Source of the DNA: Octopus vulgaris
Lineage: Eukaryota
NCBI GenBank assembly: GCA_951406725.2
Contig: OX597827.1
Span: 25,358,001-25,422,000, forward strand
DNA: 64,000 nt
Direction of reading: 5' to 3'
Part shown: piece by piece, positions 55,466-64,000 of the stretch
Position numbering within the stretch: position 1 is the stretch's first letter
Layout: every line of letters starts with the position of its first letter
Position numbers and translations under genes: made by a program
The notes under the pieces: generated by a model
Told to the model about the DNA's origin: nothing
Seen by the model: only the letters and a program-made list of their open reading frames with translations
Database searches by the model: none

Positions 55466-55557
<92 letters not shown>

Positions 55558-55574
55558 ATTATTATTATTTGAGG

Positions 55575-55629
<55 letters not shown>

Positions 55630-55742
55630 ATCCAAACATGAAAACACAAAGAGAAAAACACAACAACGCGAGGACGTGGAACAAATATAGTATTATTGGA
55701 CGCTCAGGAAGGAAGGGAAGAAGGAGGGTTATGTATGTATAA

Positions 55743-55795
<53 letters not shown>

Positions 55796-58249
55796 TACAC
55801 ACAAATATGTCTGTGTATACAGAAAAGCATTAATCTGTATAGCAACAGAAATAGTTATATAATATAAATATTTAAAATCTAATAGTAATATTCGTATGCT
55901 GTGATGTCTCATTGTGGTATATTGCGTGGGCATCTCCAATATTTTCGTATACGCACAAACACACACACACACACACACACCCACACACACAAGGCACACT
56001 CATGCAATTGCACGCACACACTGTAACGGAAACAATAAACATGTAAGAATTTAGATTTCATGAAAGTGATTTGCATTGATTCGCTTGAAACGAAAATGTT
56101 TTAAAAGACAACCCTGATATTGTCAGCGTGACATGGTTTTTGTTCAAACGATATTTGTGTGCTTTGGATAAAAACCATTCATGTGGAATGAAAAGAAATG
56201 GTTGCTGATTACAATAACTACTTTCTGTATTTCTTCACTGGATAAATATTTTGTGCGATCTTTCTATATTCTTGATATTGTGTTTTGTTCTCTTTTTTTT
56301 TTTTTACCAAACGGTAACACGGTTTCAACACTTTTTCAGAAAAATTGTGCGCTTTTTCAGAAAGACTTTTTGCTCCAATATAACCATGCTTATGGAGTTT
56401 GTTCCGAAAAAGAAAACTGCACCCAAAGGCAATTCTAGGTCAAGGTGTTTTGGAAACTCACTGTTACCTCCAAGAAGAAATTCCTTCAAATTTGACCAAT
56501 GAGATTTTTCTCGCCGACGTCCTGAATCTCCTAAGTTCGTCCATGTCTTCTAGGAAAACTCCTCTATAGAATGCGACAATTAAATTCCCATCTTCATACA
56601 AATACATGACCCCCCAGTTGCCGAATCGCAAGCCCACCGAACTGTCGTGGTCGAATTATTTTCCCTTTAACTTCGGGTACAAATCCAAAAAATGGCAACC
56701 TTCTCAATTTTCCATGTAACCGCCATCACGATGGCGACTTCGTTCGCCTGCACTGGTACAGCTCTCTTGTGTCCCAGTTTATGCGGTGTATGGAGTTCCA
56801 CTCAGTATTTTTCAGCTTCCATAGCAAAGGCTCTGGTGCAAAGACGTAGAGAAAAGCGGAGGATTAACATCCTTATTAGACATAAGGGATAACACGAAAA
56901 GGTTTCAAGAGGCAGTCATTTATTTCGACCACCAAATAGTCGCTGCTGTCATTTTTACTGATGTAACTTAAAACAATTGGAATGAAAGCCTCTCTAGCTA
57001 TGGCGCTCACTTTCATAGCTGGGCATAGACTGACGCCTACGAATAAATTCTAAAAGAAAACAAAAATTAAAAACAAAAACAAAAGCAAAACACACGAGTA
57101 ACGTACTGCAGTATTAAACAAATACATTTTACAGGAGGTGAGTAAATTGCAAATTATTTAGAAGATAAAGAAAGGAAAACAAATCAAAAATATAACTTAC
57201 CTCTTAAAAGAGATAAGTTATATTTTAGCCTGGAATTAACAGTTTTATTTTTACGAATACGTTAAACTTCACAGAATTCGGGTACAAATGCTTTGTGACG
57301 GAACTCAACTGCGTTTTCACTATAGACTCCGTAGGTGATAACTAATAAGGACAGTACACTATAATTTATTAGAGAAACTGGTATTAAATGCGGATTAGGA
57401 AAACTCTGGCTTAGCACTCTTGAAGTGAAGAAAATGAAGAATATTAATGAATTCTTAGAAAAAAAATAAAACGATAAGAGAATTAGAATGTGAGTATTTG
57501 TGAGACTAAGGCAGTCTTACAAATACTTAATAATTATTAGAATAAACTGTACAAAAGAGACAAATGACAGACGAGAAAGAAATTCAACAGCCATAGTGGA
57601 TTAATGCTTACAATATCATTAAATACAATATAACATAGGGGAATGGAAGTAAAATTACTCTTTCCTAATGATAAGTTCGTGTTGTTACAATATTTTTCTG
57701 TAAGAACATAAGTAATAAGACACGACAGAGAAAGATAATTAACAATGTCATTTAGCATATATTATTCATAGCCTTAAACAGAAAATCATATTTATAACCA
57801 ATGGAGAGATTTTCGAAAATTGTGAAACAAAAGAAATGTTAAAAAATATTATCGGTTCACTAAAAAATTCCTCTTCATACCTGATGAGGGAAGAGGAACG
57901 ACAACAGAAATAAATAAAGCTATTAAAGCCTTAAAGCAAAATGTGTGACAATGGAATACCATGTCAAAAACATGGCCACAAAACACTTAAAAGTAGAATA
58001 TTTGAGAAAAATAAACAAATAATTTGCTTTGAAGAGCAGGACTAAAGTCTGTGAGTGAAGTATTCTTACTGGCGACGCAAAACCATAGTATTCGTACCAG
58101 AAACTACCCTGACCATTTTATGAAGCAGTATATATCAAATGCAAAGTGTGCGTGAATGCATTTATGCATGCATGTATGTACGTACATATACAATATAGAA
58201 TATCATATATATGTTTGTGTGTATACATATATACATACATACATATATA

Positions 58250-58425
58250 TTAGCCACTACACACATTTTTTTCTCTCCTTGTTTCTTTCTGTGTTCTTTT
58301 CTGTGGAAGAGCGTAGGCTCGAAGCGTAAAAGATTTTTTCAATTCCCGAGCGTTATACTAATACATCTGTTTGTTTTCTACACCACTGTCTTCGTCATTT
58401 GTTTTTTTTCGTGAATTCTCCCTAT
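58250..58425 (+). mobile_element. Short (TA)n-embedded HHR-like element
   Basis: tctttt-CTGTGGA-a gagc gtag gctc-GAAGC-GTA-aaaga at 58295-58333. Confidence 0.6.
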
Positions 58426-58816
58426 ATACATATATATATATAAATACATATATAAATATATACATACACACATACATACATACATACATACATACATACA
58501 TACATACATACATACATACATACATACATACATAATACATACACACATACATACATACATACATACATACATACATACATACATACATACATACATACAT
58601 ACATACATACATACATACATACATACATTATATACAATATAGAGTATAAAGAAAGTTGAGGCTTCGAAACTGAATATTCTGTTAACATCATGAAATACAA
58701 AAGAGGGGTGTGGTGTGCTCGATTCCACTCCATCTGAACGAACCTCGTTTCTGTTCCTACTCTTGCTTTCCTTCAAACCTCCATACACAGACACACATAC
58801 ACACACACACACACAC

Positions 58817-58919
<103 letters not shown>

Positions 58920-58948
58920 CATCCATCCATCCATCCATCCATCCATCC

Positions 58949-59032
<84 letters not shown>

Positions 59033-59236
59033 CTCTGTCTATGGACGTGCTGTCACTTCGACTCCTAAGGTAATCGTTTATTTTGACTATTTATAGCCAA
59101 TTTTTGTGTACATTTTTGCAAATAAGGTGTGTAAGGCAACCAACTTTCGTTTGAGTGCTTTTCCAAGGAGGAATTCGCCCCTAGGGGCAGTTTCAACCCC
59201 ATTTCATTTCTGTAATTTTCTTCTCGACATTAGAAA

Positions 59237-61100
59237 ATGTCTAGAAATTTTATTGTAGAACGCTGGTCGCGTTCTTTTATGGAACAACATTTTCCTAGTC
59301 TGGAAACGATAGAGAAAAAAAAGAACGTACGCACGGAAAGTGCAAATATGAATATCGGTAAATTGAACGCTGCAACCACGTGCGGTAACAGCCCTGTCAC
59401 TACCGCTACCACCACCACTAACAACAGCAACCACGAGACTACTACTGCTACCACCACCACCACTACCACGACCAACATAAATGATAAAAATAAAACTTGC
59501 ACGAAAACTATTGTCAAAAACAACATCAACAACAAGAACAACAATAAAAATGAACTATCTAATAGTGAAGATGTTAATACAAAAAAATCAACAACAGTAA
59601 ATTTCGCGGACACTCTTCGCCAGAAGAAGGAAATAGTAACATTCACAAATGAAGAGCTCATAGAAACAAGAGCTCTCTTTACAACCCGTGGACAAGATTT
59701 AGTGCTGCATACACCTCAACACATAAAGCAAGAAATAGAAAATAAGACAATTGTATATAAAATTATTAGAAAAAACAAAAAACTAAATGAACAGATTACA
59801 AAAACTGATGTGGAAAAATGTTTAAAAAACATAATGAAAGAAAAAGAGTATATAAACTGGGGTCCCCAGTTTAACACAGTAGTGGTCCGCTTCCCTAACC
59901 AGGAAGTGGCAAAAGCTCACTCTACTGAGTCTCTGGGAAATGATGAAATCATCATGGTCCCATACTACAAAAACCAGAGAGTGAGTCGAATCACAATTAA
60001 AAATGTACCTCCCGAGCTTCCTAACAAATGGATAACAGGGGCAATCTGTTACCATTTAAAAAATATTAATATTTTGGAGACCGCCGTGTACCCTGGCGAC
60101 ATTTGGGGTGGGAAGACAATAGTGATGACCATCCAGATTGAGGGGGCCTCTATCGAGAGCCTACCGGATAAGATCCACTTGGAGAATGGGCAATGCCTAT
60201 ATGTTGTAGCAGAAGGCAAAAAGCCTAGATGCTACAAATGTGGCAGCCCCGAACATTTGATTGCCAAGTGCGATCTGGTACAGAAAAAACAAGAAAGAAC
60301 AAATCAGAAAACAAATAAAATCCCTTTGTTGCCAACACCAACACCAACACACTCAATTATAGAACAATGCCAAGAAAAACAACAAACCAACGAACAAACC
60401 CCAACAACATCACCAAGAAAAGAAACAGTACCAACACAATCACCGTTGACTTCACAACCAATTAAACGTTGAATTAACAAAAAATACGCCAACACCCACA
60501 CCCAGGACGACAATTAAAAAGACAGAAAACAGTGACGAGAAGACAAATGCTACCCCTAACACCACAACAACACAAACACCGCACAAAACATCAACAATTT
60601 ATACAAGCATACATAGTAATGCAAATGCTTTGCCTCTACCCCATACTGATACGTCGGACGACGAAAGTTCGACGGAATGGCAAATAGCCACAGGGGGTAA
60701 AAGAAAAATATCCAAAAAATCCACCAAACAAGGAAGTAAAGCAGGGAGATATCTAACTCAGGACAACATCCCCCTAGACAATCAAAAAAGTAATGAACCC
60801 GTAAAACCACACACACAACTAACTGCAATAGACACAGATAATAAAGAATTAATGGACTACATCAAATCTAACATGGTCATCTGTGAAGATGACTTTAAGA
60901 CAAACAATCATCCGCACACCACACCACCGAAACACATCAGAATTTTATACATAACACAAGCACAACACCACATACTGAAAACAATATTTCCGAATGCGAT
61001 AGGCGGGTATCAACGATACCTGTCGAAAAACTATACAAACACCTCATCAAAAACAATACAAAAGAAGGAGAAGAAGAAGAAAATGAAACTTTTAAAATGA
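59237..61100 (+). pseudogene. LINE ORF1 (gag-like, CCHC zinc knuckle), interrupted after 60472
   Basis: RITIKNVPPEL (RRM-like) and CYKCGSPEHLIAKC; stops at ~60470-60620; the reading frame resumes to 61100. Confidence 0.8.
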
Positions 61101-61165
61101 GTAAGTGACCTCCCCTCTTGCCTCTTGTCTCTTCTAATATAGTGTGTAAAACACAATTTTCGTAA

Positions 61166-62320
61166 ATGTCAAGTATGCTTAAATTAGGTTGTGTGAATGC
61201 GCGTGGCTTGGCGTCGGCTTGGAAGCAAGGTTACCTTCTAAACGACATCAAGTCACTGGACGTGGATATAGTAGCTATCAGTGAAACCAGACTCAGTAAG
61301 CCGCGGGCCCTCGAGTCCATGTTTGGCAATCAATTTGACATTTATTTTTCTCCCTGTCTGCCGAACATGGGTGGTGGAGGTACTGCGATGCTTTTTCGAA
61401 AGAGTCTAAAGGTAAAAGTAAGAGCAATATTCCTAGACCCGGAGGGTAGGCTGGTTGTCTTGGACGTGGATGGCAGAAATGGGTGTGCATTCCGTCTGAT
61501 GGCAGTTTATGCACCGTCCTTAACGGGTCGGGCGGATTTCTTCAGATGTCTAGAGGTTTTCCTGGGTACGTCTAGACCTTTACTGTTAGTAGGGGACTGG
61601 AACGCTACCTTGGACACGCATCTAGATTATGTGGGAAGGGATAGGAATAGAAGGGGGTGTAAGAGCCTCAAAGACCTGCTAAGACGTTTCCATTTGTCTG
61701 ACAGGTTCCGACTCGACCATCCAACGTGGACTTGGACAAACCGCGTCGGATCGTCGAGATCTTATCTAGATAGAATTCTATGCAGGACAGCGGATAGGGA
61801 TAGTGTAGGATGTCCACAATTTAAAATAGTCAGCTACACAGATCACAAATTTGTTACGTGTACGCTCGACTTAGATAAAACACATAGGCAGGGTCCCGGT
61901 TACTGGAAACTGAACACGTCGCTGTTAGCGCGACAGGTTTACAGGAACCGGATTAGCGAGTTAATTAAGAGGGCGCTGACGGGAGCCGTCGTTAACAACC
62001 GCTGGTGGTACGCCCTGAAAATGGCAATAAAATCGGAATCAATTAGGTTTAGCAAGGAATTAGCGATAGAACGAAATAGAGTAGAGGGAGACTTAGTTAA
62101 GAAACTAGAAGAGGCACTTACCACTGGCAGCGCAACCAACGTGCTGGCTGCGAGGATGGCCCTCGACCAACACCTCAACGCCAAGCACGAAGGTTGCGTC
62201 GTCAGAGCTAAAATGCGTGCCTTAAGGAACGAAGGGATTGAAGCTGCGCGAGAGGCCCGGGTGAATGTAGCAAGGATGGCACGTATGTATGACGAAGCCA
62301 CCTTGAGCATAATCCTATGA
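61166..62320 (+). CDS. Open 384-aa ORF2 remnant: APE endonuclease fused in frame to the last ~20 aa of ORF2
   Basis: CVNARGL, ISET, VYAP, VGDWN, SYLDRI and YTDH are APE motifs; no RT motifs present. Confidence 0.8.
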   Translation: MSSMLKLGCVNARGLASAWKQGYLLNDIKSLDVDIVAISETRLSKPRALESMFGNQFDIYFSPCLPNMGGGGTAMLFRKSLKVKVRAIFLDPEGRLVVLDVDGRNGCAFRLMAVYAPSLTGRADFFRCLEVFLGTSRPLLLVGDWNATLDTHLDYVGRDRNRRGCKSLKDLLRRFHLSDRFRLDHPTWTWTNRVGSSRSYLDRILCRTADRDSVGCPQFKIVSYTDHKFVTCTLDLDKTHRQGPGYWKLNTSLLARQVYRNRISELIKRALTGAVVNNRWWYALKMAIKSESIRFSKELAIERNRVEGDLVKKLEEALTTGSATNVLAARMALDQHLNAKHEGCVVRAKMRALRNEGIEAAREARVNVARMARMYDEATLSIIL

Positions 62321-64000
62321 ACCCAGAAATTGAAAACAGAGGGTTACCCACTTGCAAACAAATGTGGTAACATATAATAATATTGACCAAGGTTGCCGTG
62401 GTCTTTTTCGTAGGCTTTTCTTCCCACGGATAAACCTTACTTGCTTTCCCCTTTACACCATACATCATAACACTGTGATACACGATCCCTATTGATCGTT
62501 TGTTTTCCTCTTCCCTCTTTTTTTCCCCTTTTTTCTTCTTATTTTCATTTCTCTTTTCTTTTGTTCCTTTTCCTTTTTTCTTTTTTTTGTTCTTTTTTTC
62601 CCTTTTACGATCCCTTTTGATCGAAAACCTACGCCACCTTTTTTTTGTTTCTTTTGTTTTTTGTTTTTTGTTTTTTTCATCCCCCATAATAAAAGCTCTA
62701 CCTTGTAACTTGTCCCATCTGTGTGCAGCCCTGTGTGGCCAATAAAGAAACTTATCTATCTCTCTCTCTATATATATATATATGTATGTATATATATATA
62801 CTAAAGCCGAACATTAACATGATCGAAAGGATTTCATGAGTCCCGGGAGAAGGAAAGCAGAGATGTCGAGATCATTGACACCTACGCCTCACCTGGCTCT
62901 TTGTTGAACTTATAACAAAATAAAAAAATAAAAAAATGAATGAATGAATGAAACGCTAGTAACATCACATATCCGTTTGAGGTGGCGACCATATTATAAT
63001 GATAATGAATATCTATAGACCGGAAAGAAACCTTGACGTTGGCACTAACAGTTGTAAATAAATACAATACATCAGCAACATTATACTAACAAATCATTCC
63101 ATTGGCAGGGAAGTCAAGGGGAAAGACATGGAAAGAAAGAAAGCTCGTTTTTTTTTTATATATCATATATATATTGTATACTTCATTTGTTTTTTTTTTG
63201 TTACTGAGAACGATTCAATGGTGAAAACTGTTTTTTTAAAGTTTGTATTATTTCACTATTTTATTTTGTTAATTTTCTGCACATATTTGCTTCAGAACTG
63301 CTCCAAACCAAGAATAGCAAATAGCTGCCATATTTTTGCTGTCAAAGGCGAATGGTCTCATCTCGATTCTTGAGAAATATTGCATTGTGCATGCATTTAT
63401 TTTGTTTTTATAAATGTATTGTTCAATAAAGCAACATAAAAGAAACTGTAGAATATTTCTCAAGAAAGGGGGTGGGGTGGGGGAAAGGAAACGACCATGG
63501 AACTATTTTTGTGAGCTTCATTTTCGATTTTATTTTTATATTTGAATTTGTTTGCTTTAATTTGTTTTACATTTTGGAAACTGTGTACAAATTCTCGATA
63601 TTTCCTGAAAAGAACTGCTATTAAACGGTGTATTTCTATTTTGGGCTGTTCATTCATGTCATGGCCGTTGAAGAGCCTTTTATTTTTTTTTATTCTACTC
63701 TTAACAGATGGTGGTGAATGTTTAATTTAAATTGCCCGGACAATACCAAACGCGAACTTATTATTCTATTATCTCCACCTTCACAGGGACACCAGACATG
63801 TCTGGTTGAGGTTGAAACGTTAAGAACGGTTTTGATGATTTTCTTTCGCAGACACCTTTAAGAAACCTTCTTCCATTTTCTTATTATATATAATTATTGT
63901 ACATGCACAAGTTATACAAGTGTAAAGAAATATTTAATGAGTAAAGAATGATCTGCTAATAATATGTTATGGAAATTCATTGCTTAAAAGATATTTTGAA

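Larger units (their letters stand above)
59043..62751 (+). mobile_element. Tx1/L1-clade LINE with 5' end, ORF1 and APE but an internal deletion of RT; inserted in (TATC)n
   Basis: Same family as 6755-10025 (61655-62260 and the 3' UTR align); preceded by (TATC)n at 58818-59030; ends aataaagaaac-ttatctatc. Confidence 0.95.

Noticed and set aside
57880-57915. CTGATGAgggg..gaaa
   Set aside because: No helices consistent with a hammerhead.

Overview
AT-rich, microsatellite-saturated animal genomic DNA; the SINE families and repeat landscape look like octopus (cephalopod), an inference from repeat style only. I found no convincing multi-exon host gene, and most ORFs in the track are microsatellite read-throughs. 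The window is a patchwork of retroelements. (1) Two Tx1/L1-clade LINEs sit in (TATC)n arrays: one 5'-truncated, one with an in-frame deletion of the whole RT domain. (2) A head-to-tail stack of R4/Dong-like RLE LINE fragments occupies one (TAA)n array. (3) There are several Penelope-like (GIY-YIG) fragments, RTE fragments and many tRNA-derived SINEs. The most notable hidden signal is about a dozen minimal type-I hammerhead ribozyme (HHR) motifs from several unrelated families, read by eye. They lie at Penelope 3' ends and in short (TA)n-embedded elements, some bounded by inverted repeats, and the core 3-8 base pair co-varies between families (C-G, U-A, A-U). Also notable: a Penelope 3' end carrying a tRNA-like Pol III head just upstream of its HHR, a disrupted Myb/SANT + polyQ + tandem CCCH ORF, a cluster of inverted and direct duplications at 36.5-43.7 kb, and a candidate 18-nt microexon.
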